From NCBI GenBank assembly GCA_963662285.2, contig CAXXMV010000001.1, positions 672,001 through 736,000 on the forward strand: 64,000 nucleotides of DNA. Direction: 5' to 3'. The notes beneath the pieces are model-generated. The model was not told where the DNA came from and did not search any database. It saw nothing but the letters and a program-made list of their open reading frames with translations. Shown here piece after piece: positions 27,467-38,448 of the stretch. Made by a program: the position numbers and the translations under genes. Numbering within the stretch: the stretch's first letter is position 1; every line of letters begins with the position of its first letter. This stretch comes from a bacterium. GTDB lineage: Bacteria; Hinthialibacterota; Hinthialibacteria; Hinthialibacterales; Hinthialibacteraceae.

Positions 27467-28249
27467 TCAGTACAGAGACCAATTGGAAATCGATGTTGGT
27501 CCGAAAACGACTATGTTATCAATGATGCATTGGTTGCCTTCAAAGGTAGCATCTGAAACATCTTCCCACAATGCTAAGCAGTTGAGACCTTCGTTTTCGG
27601 CGCTGGGCAAGCGGCGAAAACCGAAGTCCCGGGCTATTTCAATCTCTTGTTCGCCTTCACGCTGAGCATACACAGTGTAGATCCAATCTTGAATATTGAT
27701 TTCAGCCCGCATAAATATTTTGACGCCGTCCTGGTATTTAACTTCGTTGGTAATTGAATAACTTCCGCCGCCATCCCAATCGCCATCACGCACGTCAATG
27801 ACGCCCTCGCCATTGGCCAAGTCGTGGGTCATGCGAATCATGGCGCCTTGTTCGTTCCAGGTTAAGTCTGGATTACTATCAAGATTGAAATTCGCCGAAT
27901 CGCTGAAGTTTATTCCCGTATCGACCATGCCGTCGGCCGGTCCAACATAGCGCCAATCCCATGTTGCGGTGATGGATTCCTTTTGTAGGGGAAACATGAT
28001 GTATACCCATTTTGAGCCGCTAAGATCAACTGTTGTAACCAGGGCTTCATCGACCAATTCAAAATTAACTGCTGGAGTATTGGCAACTCCATCAACCCAC
28101 AATTCGGATGCACCAGCGGGTTGATCCACTAATAGTCCATCTGTGTATCCTTCGGCGCTGGAGAAATCTGCTGAAAAAATCACTTGCGCGTGTACATTTG
28201 CGACGCATAACGCTAAAGACATAAGACTGTATACCAATATCCTTTTCAT
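27467..28249 (-). CDS. Secreted acidic hypothetical protein
   Basis: Signal peptide (AHA-like cleavage, VHA-Q); AAGGAG RBS; C-terminus SISNWSLY. Confidence 0.75.
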   Translation of the reverse strand: MKRILVYSLMSLALCVANVHAQVIFSADFSSAEGYTDGLLVDQPAGASELWVDGVANTPAVNFELVDEALVTTVDLSGSKWVYIMFPLQKESITATWDWRYVGPADGMVDTGINFSDSANFNLDSNPDLTWNEQGAMIRMTHDLANGEGVIDVRDGDWDGGGSYSITNEVKYQDGVKIFMRAEINIQDWIYTVYAQREGEQEIEIARDFGFRRLPSAENEGLNCLALWEDVSDATFEGNQCIIDNIVVFGPTSISNWSLY

Positions 28250-28433
28250 GCTCCTTTTTCTCCTTATGTTTAATGAATAAGAGACTCTAATTCAATTGAT
28301 CATATCAAATAATACAAAAAAATAAAATGGGAGATTGCAAAAATATTTTGATGAGCCTTAATTTTGCAGTTCATCAGATTTTCATATATTTTTAGGCGCA
28401 TTTATCCAACTGCTACATCGTCTGCATTTAATG

Positions 28434-29366
28434 CTACTTTTCTAATGGAACGGGGGCTGGTTGAGGTTTTCCTCTAGTGGCTTTGCCGTGGAGGACGCCT
28501 TTATCGTCAAACCATAGTGGATCGATGCAGATGAAGCGGTTCCAGGGCTTGGTATCATCCTTCTGCTGGTGGTAGACCGACCATAATTTGCCCGCCCCGT
28601 CTTTGACGACGCAGCCGTGTCCCGGCCCGAAGGCGTCATCGTTGCGCTGGACGATGGGGTTGCCGGGGTGTTTGATAAATGGTCCGGTGGGGCTTTTGGA
28701 TGTTGCATAACCAATGGCGTAATTGAGCGAATTGGCGCCGGTGCCTGAATAGAGCAGGTAGTAGGTTCCCTGGTGTTTCAACATCCAGGGACCTTCGGTG
28801 ACGTGACCGCTGATTTTTTCCCAGGGTTCGGTGGGGTGAATAATTTCGATGGGGTTGCCATGTTTCTTGAGGGGCGTCTCCATTTTCTGGACGTGGATGC
28901 GGAATCCGGGGAATTGGACGTAGTAGAGATAGTATTGACCGTCAACGTCGCAGAACATGTGGGCGTCGATGGCGTTTTCGTATAGGGGAGCTTGATCCAC
29001 AAAGGTTCCATCGGGACGGTCAGCGACCGCGACGCCGATGTTTTCGCTGACGGTGTAATAGAGATAGAACTTGCCGTCTTTGGGATCGTGGAAAACATCC
29101 GGCGCCCAGACGCCTTTCGGCCCCGGCTGAAAGACACGCTTACCTTTGGTCCAATGCACCAGATCGGTTGAGGTGTAGACGTGATAACTGACGTTGTCGC
29201 CAGTGGGGTACATATAATAGACGCCCTCGAATTGCACGATGGTGGGATCGGCGGGGCCGATTTCATCAATCACCGGATTGGTATAGGTTTCTGCGGCGGT
29301 GGAGTCGAGGGCTACGAGATTGATCAGAGCTAGTAATACTACGACAACAAGGATTTGTTTTTTCAT
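28434..29366 (-). CDS. Glycoside hydrolase family 43
   Basis: YTNPV...ADP, WAPD, AIDAH, TEGP and GPGHG motifs. Confidence 0.92.
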   Translation of the reverse strand: MKKQILVVVVLLALINLVALDSTAAETYTNPVIDEIGPADPTIVQFEGVYYMYPTGDNVSYHVYTSTDLVHWTKGKRVFQPGPKGVWAPDVFHDPKDGKFYLYYTVSENIGVAVADRPDGTFVDQAPLYENAIDAHMFCDVDGQYYLYYVQFPGFRIHVQKMETPLKKHGNPIEIIHPTEPWEKISGHVTEGPWMLKHQGTYYLLYSGTGANSLNYAIGYATSKSPTGPFIKHPGNPIVQRNDDAFGPGHGCVVKDGAGKLWSVYHQQKDDTKPWNRFICIDPLWFDDKGVLHGKATRGKPQPAPVPLEK

Positions 29367-29591
29367 TTTAGGATACCTGTGTTAGAGATGGGTTATTTTA
29401 CATCGCAGGAGTTGGATTGTGGAAGGTTGCTTGTAGTCTGAATCTGGATATGCAGGATTTAAGGATGAGCAGGATTCTTATTATTATTGGGTATTTTTTT
29501 GTATGAGGTTCATTGGTTTACGCGGGTGATTCTTATCAACGCCTGGGCGCTAAGGGCAAGACCGTGAAGCAGTCTCGCCCTCTCTAGTATT

Positions 29592-30488
29592 CTACCAACC
29601 GAGATGATCATAGGCGGCTATTTTACCTGTTTCAGCATCGACGTAAACATATATTTCAGTTATTGCATATTCATGTTTGCCTGATTTTGTTTTAATTTTC
29701 TCCTTTAACTTATATAGATATTTCCATGCTAATAAACCTTCTGTTTCAGCATCAGAGACAAGATTGCGCTTAATTGGATCCATTACATAAGAAAGATTAA
29801 TGACCATAGGATAAACATCCTTCAGTTCAATCCCGACATTTGAATTAGGGTATCCTTTTTCCAGTAAATCCTCCGCAAAGGCCCTGGTTTTTTTCAAACC
29901 TGCTTTCTTATCGACCTTTATTGATTTATTCAGAATTTTTCGAGTTACAAAAGACTGAGTTATATACACTAATTCCTGTTTTGAATTGTATGACAGAGCA
30001 ACACAATCCAGATCATGCTGATAAGGAATTCCATCTTCCGTCAATTTCTGCCAAGTAACAATCCATTGAGGACCTCCTTGATGACAATATTCAGCCCACC
30101 TGATTTCCGGTTCACCCAAGTTAACATTTGGTAGAGAGAAAAAGACTTCCCCATCTTTCTTCGCTCGATCAAATATTTTTTCCCGAAGATATACCGGTTC
30201 TTTTTTAAACTGTTCATCATCACCTGGATAGTATGCTAAATCAACCTTGATTTGTTGGAGATCATCAGAATAAATCATATTATATTTTTTTTCACCAATA
30301 TAAAAACTGCCTGAATACCTCTTGATGTTATCACTATTTTTATCAAGATTCTTCTTATAATCAGAAATTTTCATTTCTTTTGAAAATAAAGAAATATATT
30401 TTTTAACCATATCTGGCTCATCACCCAAACCACCCATAGCTGTCGTGCATAGGTAGAAGATAATAATATTCTTAAGAGAGAAAATCAT
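29592..30488 (-). CDS. AT-rich hypothetical secreted protein with PepSY-like C-terminus
   Basis: Hydrophobic N-terminus; LAW...YVYVDAETGKI. Confidence 0.65.
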   Translation of the reverse strand: MIFSLKNIIIFYLCTTAMGGLGDEPDMVKKYISLFSKEMKISDYKKNLDKNSDNIKRYSGSFYIGEKKYNMIYSDDLQQIKVDLAYYPGDDEQFKKEPVYLREKIFDRAKKDGEVFFSLPNVNLGEPEIRWAEYCHQGGPQWIVTWQKLTEDGIPYQHDLDCVALSYNSKQELVYITQSFVTRKILNKSIKVDKKAGLKKTRAFAEDLLEKGYPNSNVGIELKDVYPMVINLSYVMDPIKRNLVSDAETEGLLAWKYLYKLKEKIKTKSGKHEYAITEIYVYVDAETGKIAAYDHLGW

Positions 30489-30920
30489 AACTATACATCT
30501 CCTTAATTATTGAGATTATAATCTACTTTGAAATTTCCCTGACCGATTTTTCTGAATTTATCTTGATATAGTATTACATTCCTCAACATCTGTCATAATA
30601 CTTAACGGAACATGAACAACGAATCATTTTTATTTGATCCGGTTATTATTTATATTTGTCTGAATCTAGATAAGAAGCAGTTTCTATTATTGAGATACTT
30701 AGGAATTACGAAAAAATATCTATAGTTGTATCATTATTTGATTTAATCCGTTTTGTCGAGTGTAGTTTTAGATTATTCCTCACACTAACAGGGGACTTTG
30801 TTAAATCAAAAGTAATTACACCAAACAGGGCAACCACAAGGGATTGCCCCTACGGGTGATTAGAAGGTGATTTATAATCGTATTAGATATATAAAATACA
30901 AATAATCGTAAAGTGGACTT

Positions 30921-31847
30921 ATGTGGACATATACCTTAAAACGATCATTGCATACTATCCCGGTTTTAATCGGGGTTACTTTGTTGACATTTCTTTTGTT
31001 TCACGCCATTCCCGGCGATCCGGCGCGGATGATGCTGGGGATGCGGCCTAATGTCGCCACTATGGAGATGCTGCGCGAGCAATGGGGATTAGATAAACCA
31101 TTGCATGTACAGTATCTATTATTCATGGAAAAAGCGGTCACCGGAGATTTGGGGCGATCTACCAACGACAACCGGGTAGTGTTTGACACTATTATAAACC
31201 GCGCTCCAGCCACGGGTTTACTGGCGGTGTTCGCGCTGATTTTCGCTGTGATTATTGGAATCCCGGCGGGCATAATGGCGGCGGTTAAGCGTAATAGCTG
31301 GGTTGATTTCAGTTCGATGTTCGTCGCCTTAGCGGGCATATCTCTGCCTATATTCTTTCTGGCGATTTTGTTGGGATGGGTTTTCGCCTATGAGTTGCGC
31401 TGGTTCCCTATGACCGGGTATATATCCAACCGGGGCTGGTTGGCCATCGTACTGCCCGGCGTCGCTTTGGGCACGCGCCCTATGGCTATTATTGCGCGGC
31501 TCACCCGCAGCAGTATGTTGGAAGTGCTGCGCAAGGACTATATTTTAACCGCCCGCGCCAAGGGACAGAATGAAATAATAGTGCTGCTCAAACATGCTTT
31601 CCGCAACGCCTTTAATCCGGTTTTTACGGCTATATCAGGTTCAATGGCGGGATTGATGGTGGGCAGTTTTTTTGTGGAGTTTATCTTCGGATGGCCGGGA
31701 GTGGGACTGCTGGCTATTCAGGCGATCCAAACCCGCGACCTGCCCATGATACAAGGGACGGTTTTATTTGCGGCTTTGATTTTTGTGGTTATTAATCTTT
31801 TGGTTGATATCGGGTACCGGCTTTTGGATCCTCGGGTTAAGTTATGA
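30921..31847 (+). CDS. dppB: Peptide/nickel ABC transporter permease (DppB/OppB family)
   Basis: PGDPA, GLDKPLHVQY, RLTRSSMLEVL..DYILTARAKG. Confidence 0.9.
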   Translation: MWTYTLKRSLHTIPVLIGVTLLTFLLFHAIPGDPARMMLGMRPNVATMEMLREQWGLDKPLHVQYLLFMEKAVTGDLGRSTNDNRVVFDTIINRAPATGLLAVFALIFAVIIGIPAGIMAAVKRNSWVDFSSMFVALAGISLPIFFLAILLGWVFAYELRWFPMTGYISNRGWLAIVLPGVALGTRPMAIIARLTRSSMLEVLRKDYILTARAKGQNEIIVLLKHAFRNAFNPVFTAISGSMAGLMVGSFFVEFIFGWPGVGLLAIQAIQTRDLPMIQGTVLFAALIFVVINLLVDIGYRLLDPRVKL

Positions 31848-31939
31848 TGAAAATTAAGGTGGTTTGATCAAGGGCTGACCGCATTGCGGTCTTGCCCTTG
31901 GCACCCGCGCGGGATTAAGGTTTTACGGAAATAGTTTAT

Positions 31940-32839
31940 ATGTCGATTTTACTTAAGCAGAAAATGGCGTTGGTCGGTGCTATCCTTACCGGCGCGCTTA
32001 CCTTGCTGGCTGTGTTCGCTCCATTGCTCAGTTCGTATCGTTATGACGGGAGTATGCCTGACAGCGTTGAAGGCATGGCGCAGACTGATAATGCGGATCA
32101 GTTGCGTCAGTCGTTGCAGGCGCCATCTGGTCAACACTACCTGGGGACGGATAAATTCGGACGCGACGTATTCACCCGCGTGCTTTACGGGGGACGCATC
32201 TCGTTGTTCGTCGGTTTTATATCACAGGGTATCGCGTTGGCCATCGGGGTTCCGCTGGGTTGTCTGGCAGGTTATTTCCGCGGTAAGACCGATGCGGTGG
32301 TTATGTGGCTGGTTAATGTGTTCTGGTCGTTTCCTTACTTGCTGCTGGTGCTGGCTATGAATATCGCCATGACCCATCTTATTGAATCATCTATTGTGCG
32401 GGTGTTTATAGCGGTGGGGCTGGTCAGTTGGGTGTTGATCGCCCGTATTGTGCGCGGGCAGGTGATGTCGATTAAAGAAAACGCTTATGTGGAAGCGGCG
32501 CGGGCTTTTGGATTTAATCCAGCGCGTATCATCATCCGGCATCTGTTGCCTAATATCATCACCCCTATCTTCGTAGTGGTGACGCTGGGATTCGCTGAAG
32601 CTATCATCGCTGAAGCGGCGCTCAGTTTTCTCGGTTTGGGAGTTATGCCGCCTACGCCCAGCTGGGGACGCATGATCTATGAAGGGTATTTTTATATTTA
32701 CACAGATATGGGGTGGTGGGTTGCAGTATTTCCAGGTTTTGCCATAATGGTTGCCGTTCTAGGTCTCAATTTATTGGGTGATGGGCTGCGCGATTATCTT
32801 GATCCTCACCTGAAAGATGAACTGGAAGGCGTCAGGTGA
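31940..32839 (+). CDS. dppC: Peptide/nickel ABC transporter permease (DppC/OppC family)
   Basis: LGTDKFGRD, YVEAARAFG, LSFLGLG..PPTPSWG and NLLGDGLRD. Confidence 0.9.
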   Translation: MSILLKQKMALVGAILTGALTLLAVFAPLLSSYRYDGSMPDSVEGMAQTDNADQLRQSLQAPSGQHYLGTDKFGRDVFTRVLYGGRISLFVGFISQGIALAIGVPLGCLAGYFRGKTDAVVMWLVNVFWSFPYLLLVLAMNIAMTHLIESSIVRVFIAVGLVSWVLIARIVRGQVMSIKENAYVEAARAFGFNPARIIIRHLLPNIITPIFVVVTLGFAEAIIAEAALSFLGLGVMPPTPSWGRMIYEGYFYIYTDMGWWVAVFPGFAIMVAVLGLNLLGDGLRDYLDPHLKDELEGVR

Positions 32840-34416
32840 TACGGCAATCAGAAGATATCCCATATAATTCCTTACGAGCAAAACCATTCTTAGCATATCT
32901 GCGCGATCCTTACTTGTGGGTAATCGCGCTGGGGCAGATTGCCCTGAATATAGGCTTCATGGCCAGACGCACCCTGTGGCTGGATGAGGCCTATTCAGCC
33001 TTAATGGCGCGACGTTCGATCACTGAAATACATAAAGCATTGCGCTTCGACGCCGGACCGCCGCTGTATTACGACCTGCTGCATATATGGCGCATGATGG
33101 CGGGTGAATCGGAACTGGCCTTGCGTTCGCTATCGCTTTTATGCAGCGTTTTTGCGGTGATAGTAATTTATTATTGCGCGGCGCGGTTTTGGAATCGCCA
33201 TGCGGCGTTGCTGGCGGCCGGCCTGTTCGCCTTCACTCCATTGACTACTGCTTATATACATGAAGTACGCAATTACACCTTGCTGGCGGCGCTCAGCGCG
33301 GCATTGGTTCTGGTTTTGATGGAGCATTTAGATAAACCAGGGCGCTGGACTGTGATACTATGCGGCGTGATTGGATTGGGAGTGGTTTACACTCATAACC
33401 TGGGGTGGTTCCTGATGCCCGGCGTTTTGCTGTGCGTGTGGTTGTATGCTAAAAAAGTCAAGGATTTGACCGGACTACTGATTTGCGGGATTGGAGCGCT
33501 GGTTTTTTATGCTCCCTGGATTCCAACTTTATTGGCGCAGATGCGCAACAGCGAACGCTCCATCGCCTGGGCGGCGAATTTCTGGTCACCCTGGTCTTTG
33601 ATTTATACCTTCAGCGCCTATATCCCCGGTGGGATGACGCCATCATATCTTGACCTGCCTAGTTTCCCCAATGGGCTGCAAGCCATCAACGCTTTAATGT
33701 GGATTACCATATTCGCTTTAGCGTGCATCGCCGCATACCGCAAACGAGACAGGAAAGCGGCGCTTATATTAATCATCTTAGTCAGTGGATTGGTTGGTCC
33801 ATATTTATATTCATTAATTAGGACGCCGATCTATCTGGTAGGTAGAACCGATTATGGTTTATTGCCTTTTTGGTGTTTATTCACCGGATACGGTATATCA
33901 AAGATTCCCTGGCGCAGAGCGCAGATGGGCTTTGCTATAGTATTCCTGCTTCAGGCGGGTTATATCAATTATGAATTACTGACGCGGGATGATCCCCTAT
34001 CGGAACGCGATATCATTGTTTACCTGCAACGCAACACGCAACCAGGCGATGTTGTATTGTTCACCGGATTGACCCGGCCTTCGTTGGAGTATGCTTTAGA
34101 TGAGCAAGGCTTAAGATTTGAATCCTATCCACGTGACATGAACAAACATCTGGCTCATCTCAACGAGTCGTGGTACATGGAAAATATCGATTTAGATAAA
34201 GAGGCCGAATCTGTCTTAACAGATATCAGCCGGAATATTCCCGACGGCGCCAGTATTTGGGTGGCCGCCAGCCGCCGTCCTGTCAATGGGGCGCTATTAA
34301 CCCTGATTAAAGAAGAACGCCTGACGACCTTAGTTAAACGGATTTCCACGCCCAGTATGGGTTTACGGAAATTGAATGAACCTGTTTTTCTGGTTAAATT
34401 ACAAAAATTACGTTAA
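32836..34416 (+). CDS. GT-C fold membrane glycosyltransferase (GT39/PMT-like)
   Basis: LWLDEAYS, PPLYY and EVRNY motifs; many TM segments. Confidence 0.82.
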   Translation: MIRQSEDIPYNSLRAKPFLAYLRDPYLWVIALGQIALNIGFMARRTLWLDEAYSALMARRSITEIHKALRFDAGPPLYYDLLHIWRMMAGESELALRSLSLLCSVFAVIVIYYCAARFWNRHAALLAAGLFAFTPLTTAYIHEVRNYTLLAALSAALVLVLMEHLDKPGRWTVILCGVIGLGVVYTHNLGWFLMPGVLLCVWLYAKKVKDLTGLLICGIGALVFYAPWIPTLLAQMRNSERSIAWAANFWSPWSLIYTFSAYIPGGMTPSYLDLPSFPNGLQAINALMWITIFALACIAAYRKRDRKAALILIILVSGLVGPYLYSLIRTPIYLVGRTDYGLLPFWCLFTGYGISKIPWRRAQMGFAIVFLLQAGYINYELLTRDDPLSERDIIVYLQRNTQPGDVVLFTGLTRPSLEYALDEQGLRFESYPRDMNKHLAHLNESWYMENIDLDKEAESVLTDISRNIPDGASIWVAASRRPVNGALLTLIKEERLTTLVKRISTPSMGLRKLNEPVFLVKLQKLR

Positions 34417-34559
34417 ACCAGGCATTGATAGTATGATAAAGGTTATCTAGATATTGAGTGGCTTAATCAAGGGCTGGCCGCAATGCGGCCTTGCCCTTGG
34501 CACCCATTCTTGGCGCACATACTTGGCGCCCGTTAATCCGGCGGCAAGGGCGGTCAACT

Positions 34560-36245
34560 ATGATGCATGAGATACCCAAACCAAGAGACGCACAGTTTAA
34601 CCGTATGGCGGAGATCACGGCGCTGGGCGTGGTATTGCTGCCAGTGATGCTATTGCGCGTCTTTTATATCAATGCATATCTTGAATTGATGCCTTACGCC
34701 ATCCATCCGTTGAACGACGCCCGCATGTATTGGGATCTGAGCCGCGCCATATTGCAGGATGGTTGGCTGCTGCCCGGTGAGGGACCTTTTTATCAGGCGC
34801 CATTGTATCCATACATGCTCGCCCTGCTGCAAAGTTTTGGGATTTACCAGATCGAATCGATCATACGGCTGCAAAGTTTGCTGGGGGTTATTACTACGCT
34901 TCAGGTTTATCTTTTAGCGCGCTTTATGCTGCCGATCAGATGGTCAACCGTTGCCGCCTTGTTATTCGGGCTTTGCCATTATCCGCTCTTTTTTGAAAGC
35001 AAGGTTCTGGCTGCCGCTCCGGGCATGGCGCTGTTTCTGCTTTTTGCTTTGAGTTACGCTTTATGGTTGAAGAAGCAGAAAACTATTTGGTTGATGAGCA
35101 GCGCGATGATATTCAGTCTTGCCGTATTGTGCCGCGCTAACCTGATATTCGCGCTGCCGTTTCTGTTGATTCACATTGCCGGGCCTTGGTCGAAATCTTT
35201 TGTTTTAAGAAATGAATGGCGGGGCGCTTTAACCAGAGTGATGATCTTTCTGGTTATTTTCATCGCCGGGATTCTGCCCGTTACGCTGCGCAATTATTTT
35301 GTTGGTGGAAGTTTGGTTCCCATCAGCGCCAACTCGGGCGTTACGCTTTATATGGGAACCAATAGCCAGGCTGCTGGAGGGCTGGCGCCGGTGACAGGTT
35401 TATCGAACGACATCGCTCAACAGAAAACCGGCAGCATCGCATTGGCTTCGAAATTGGCAGGGGAAGATTTTACGCCCGCTGAAGCGTCAAACTTCTGGGT
35501 GAAGAAAACCGTGAGATGGATTATGCATAACCCGGCGAGTTTTATTATTCTGGAAGGGAAAAAATTACTCTGGTCATTATACCAGGCGCCCCCGGCGGTA
35601 AATTATTCATCGCATTTCGAGGAGCAATGGATAGCCATACTGAGAGTGATGAAATGGTTTACCGGGATAACGGTGTGGGCTGGTTTGGTGGGATTGCCCT
35701 TATTGCTAATCAACGGCAACCGCAACAAGACATTCTTGCTCAGTTTGCTGGGCGGATATGTATTATTGTGCCTGGTGTTTTACGCTTCGGATCGTTTTCT
35801 ATGTTCAGCGCTTCCCTTTTTGGCTATAAGCGGCGCTTGCGCTGGAGAACAGTTTGTTAAAATGATTCATGACAAACGGGAATATTTTTCACTGCATAAA
35901 AAAGTAGTTTTATTGTTGACGTCTTGGATAATACTCTCAGCAGGTTTCGTGTTCAATCCAACCTTGAATTTTAATACGGAAAAAGAGATCGGAATGGGGT
36001 GGTATAATCTGGGAGCGTATTACGAAGGACGCAATAATCCAGTTGAAGCATTGCAGGCTTATGAGAATGCGATTGACTACCTGCCGGAGTTCCCTTCTCT
36101 TTTGCTGAACCTGGGCGTGTTGTACGGCCGTAATAATGACCTGGAGAGATCGACGGATTTATTCAAACGCGTATTGCAAATTGATCCCGCCAACCAGAAA
36201 GCCAAGGATAACCTGCGCATCAATCATAACCGCCAATACCGTTGA
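34560..36245 (+). CDS. GT-C membrane glycosyltransferase with C-terminal TPR (ATG at 34560 preferred over TTG at 34491, which lies in a repeat)
   Basis: DARMY, FYQAPLYPY and RNY...NSGVTLYMG motifs; TPR WYNLG...ALQAYENAI. Confidence 0.8.
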   Translation: MMHEIPKPRDAQFNRMAEITALGVVLLPVMLLRVFYINAYLELMPYAIHPLNDARMYWDLSRAILQDGWLLPGEGPFYQAPLYPYMLALLQSFGIYQIESIIRLQSLLGVITTLQVYLLARFMLPIRWSTVAALLFGLCHYPLFFESKVLAAAPGMALFLLFALSYALWLKKQKTIWLMSSAMIFSLAVLCRANLIFALPFLLIHIAGPWSKSFVLRNEWRGALTRVMIFLVIFIAGILPVTLRNYFVGGSLVPISANSGVTLYMGTNSQAAGGLAPVTGLSNDIAQQKTGSIALASKLAGEDFTPAEASNFWVKKTVRWIMHNPASFIILEGKKLLWSLYQAPPAVNYSSHFEEQWIAILRVMKWFTGITVWAGLVGLPLLLINGNRNKTFLLSLLGGYVLLCLVFYASDRFLCSALPFLAISGACAGEQFVKMIHDKREYFSLHKKVVLLLTSWIILSAGFVFNPTLNFNTEKEIGMGWYNLGAYYEGRNNPVEALQAYENAIDYLPEFPSLLLNLGVLYGRNNDLERSTDLFKRVLQIDPANQKAKDNLRINHNRQYR

Positions 36246-36640
36246 TCAGGAAAACTCTCAGAAATTCCCCGATTTTTTTTATATTTTTTTTGAATTAAAA
36301 AATAAAACCGCTCGTATAAGTATGTGAATGCCATGGCAAGCAATTGAAAACTCAAGATGACATAGGAGGAAGAACCGATGAGATTTCTAGCCGCTTTGCC
36401 AATAATAGGTTTCTACTTGTTTCTAATGGTTCAGATGTTGGCCATGCTGTAGATAGAATTACTTCACCAAGATCATTCTCAATAATTATTGATTGCCCTT
36501 CTCATATAGTGTTAAAGGTTCATATCGAAAGTTCAAGGTCTAATTGTAAGGGCTTTGAACTTTCGTTGAATAAGGGGTTATCAATAAACCTGTGATCAGG
36601 AATAATGCGCAGAAGAACAACAGGCATCGGCAGGGAACTA

Positions 36641-37345
36641 TTAGTTCGATATCCATAAACTTCTTAGGTAGAGGCTTATTATGGTTATAATACTTCCTGT
36701 TAAAAATGCAATAATCCAATTAATAATTTTTTCTCTGTTTCTTTTTTGATCTTTTTCAGTAATCTCTTTCTGCTCTTTATCACTGAATTCGATCAAAGCG
36801 TCGTTATGACTCAATACATCATCTAAAAAAGCAAGAAGTTCATTTACGATATCATAATATTGACTTACTTCATCTAATAAAGAATTCCCACTTTTTCCTA
36901 TATCTTTTCTTGTACGGATATCAGATATTTCCGTCGATATTTTTATTATTCTTGGTTTTGTAATTGTGTAGTAGGTAGGAATTACTGATTTGATACACTC
37001 ATTTGAATGAGGATTTATAATATCTAAAATTGATTCCTTGATTGTTACGCCCAACCAATCAGCTGCATCAAAGAAGGCACGATACAAATGGCCTATCACC
37101 TTTTCATATTGTTGTTCTATATATTTTTCTTTTTTTTCTTTTTCATCTAATCCTATTTCAACTGCTTTGGCTCGCATAAAATGATCGAAGGCATCTCTTT
37201 GCTCTAGAACAGGCTGTAGGAAATCATCAGTTTTAATCCCAAGCTCTTCTGCTCTGATGATCATTTTTCGTAGATTATGGTATAAATTAATTATCTTCAC
37301 CCATGGTACTTTAGACATTTCATTAGTACACATAAATACCCTCAT
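36641..37345 (-). CDS. AT-rich hypothetical helical protein with C-terminal TM segment
   Basis: 234 aa; RDAFDH and GHLYRAFFD motifs; terminal hydrophobic helix. Confidence 0.75.
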   Translation of the reverse strand: MRVFMCTNEMSKVPWVKIINLYHNLRKMIIRAEELGIKTDDFLQPVLEQRDAFDHFMRAKAVEIGLDEKEKKEKYIEQQYEKVIGHLYRAFFDAADWLGVTIKESILDIINPHSNECIKSVIPTYYTITKPRIIKISTEISDIRTRKDIGKSGNSLLDEVSQYYDIVNELLAFLDDVLSHNDALIEFSDKEQKEITEKDQKRNREKIINWIIAFLTGSIITIISLYLRSLWISN

Positions 37346-37390
37346 CCTTTTTAATTGATAAAAGAAGTTATGATTGGAAAGAATAATTAG

Positions 37391-37603
37391 TTATTTTGCA
37401 GCGAAAGCTTTGGAGATTTTCCTGCTATGCTCTTCGTATTCTTTGTCAGTAAAGAATCTTCCTGTTGAGACGCGTACGCTTCCTCGGAAACGTATACTTT
37501 CGCGGTTAGATATTACCCTAGTTTTTTCGGTTATTTCTGATGGTTTGTAATCTCTGTCTAACATGTCAACACTCTGCTTTTCTCCCATGTTACTCAACCC
37601 CAT
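37391..37603 (-). CDS. Small basic hypothetical protein
   Basis: 70 aa; RGSVRVSTGRFFTDKEY; co-oriented 45 bp upstream of the 234-aa gene. Confidence 0.6.
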   Translation of the reverse strand: MGLSNMGEKQSVDMLDRDYKPSEITEKTRVISNRESIRFRGSVRVSTGRFFTDKEYEEHSRKISKAFAAK

Positions 37604-38004
37604 TTTCTTAGAAGATTAAAACCTCAAAAAGATATAGCCTTTAAATTCTTTGCTGAAATTTTAACCACAATGACACCCAGGATGTGTTTGGGACAAAAAA
37701 AGGTGATGAATACATGAAGCATATAAATACCCTAAAATCTGGATATACTGCTTCTTTACTCCGACAACCCTAATTTATACGTAAATAATCATATTAGATA
37801 CATACCTCGCGCAGCCCTAGATGTCAAGCTCAAATATTGAAATTATTTATTTTTTCAATCCAGCCCGATGACAACTCAGACATGAGTCAAAATATATTTC
37901 AATTACTAAATATTAACATCAATAGACGACAATGATAAGGCAGCAAAGCATTTAGCCCTCAAGCAATCACAAAAGGAATCTTTCAATAGAGTATTCATAA
38001 AATC

Positions 38005-38448
38005 TCACTTCAAAAAATGCAGCAGCCGGATATACCAGGGCTTTTGATAAATCAACGCCTTTTCGATAGTTTTCGAGAACTGATCCGGATCCAATGGTCT
38101 TTGCAGAATATAGCGGATTCGATATTTACGGAAATGCTTCAAATCCTGCGGAGAACAATTGGAGGTAACGATAATTAACTGCGATGGCTTCATGACGTCT
38201 TTCATCAGCCAGGTGAGGTAGTTCATATCCAGGTTATCTTCGGCTTGACCAATGATGCCGAGATCGTATTTCTCATTCTCGGCGTGATCCCATCCATCCA
38301 TATCCGATTGGGAAAAGAACACCACCCACGAACGGTCGGCGGCGCAATCCTCCAGGAATGTTTTTTCCGAGTCGTTCAATCCGATTGCCAGGATGTGGAT
38401 ATTGAGATCCTTACGATTGATTTTCAAACGCTTCGACATTAAGCCCAC
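38005..38448 (-). CDS. Degenerate receiver (REC)-like protein
   Basis: YDLGII, LIIVTS and YILQRPLD pattern; conserved Asp and Lys replaced. Confidence 0.55.
   Translation of the reverse strand: MGLMSKRLKINRKDLNIHILAIGLNDSEKTFLEDCAADRSWVVFFSQSDMDGWDHAENEKYDLGIIGQAEDNLDMNYLTWLMKDVMKPSQLIIVTSNCSPQDLKHFRKYRIRYILQRPLDPDQFSKTIEKALIYQKPWYIRLLHFLK

Noticed and set aside
12510-34501. 36-bp palindromic family-B repeats as a CRISPR array
   Set aside because: Dispersed kilobases apart, no regular spacers and no cas genes
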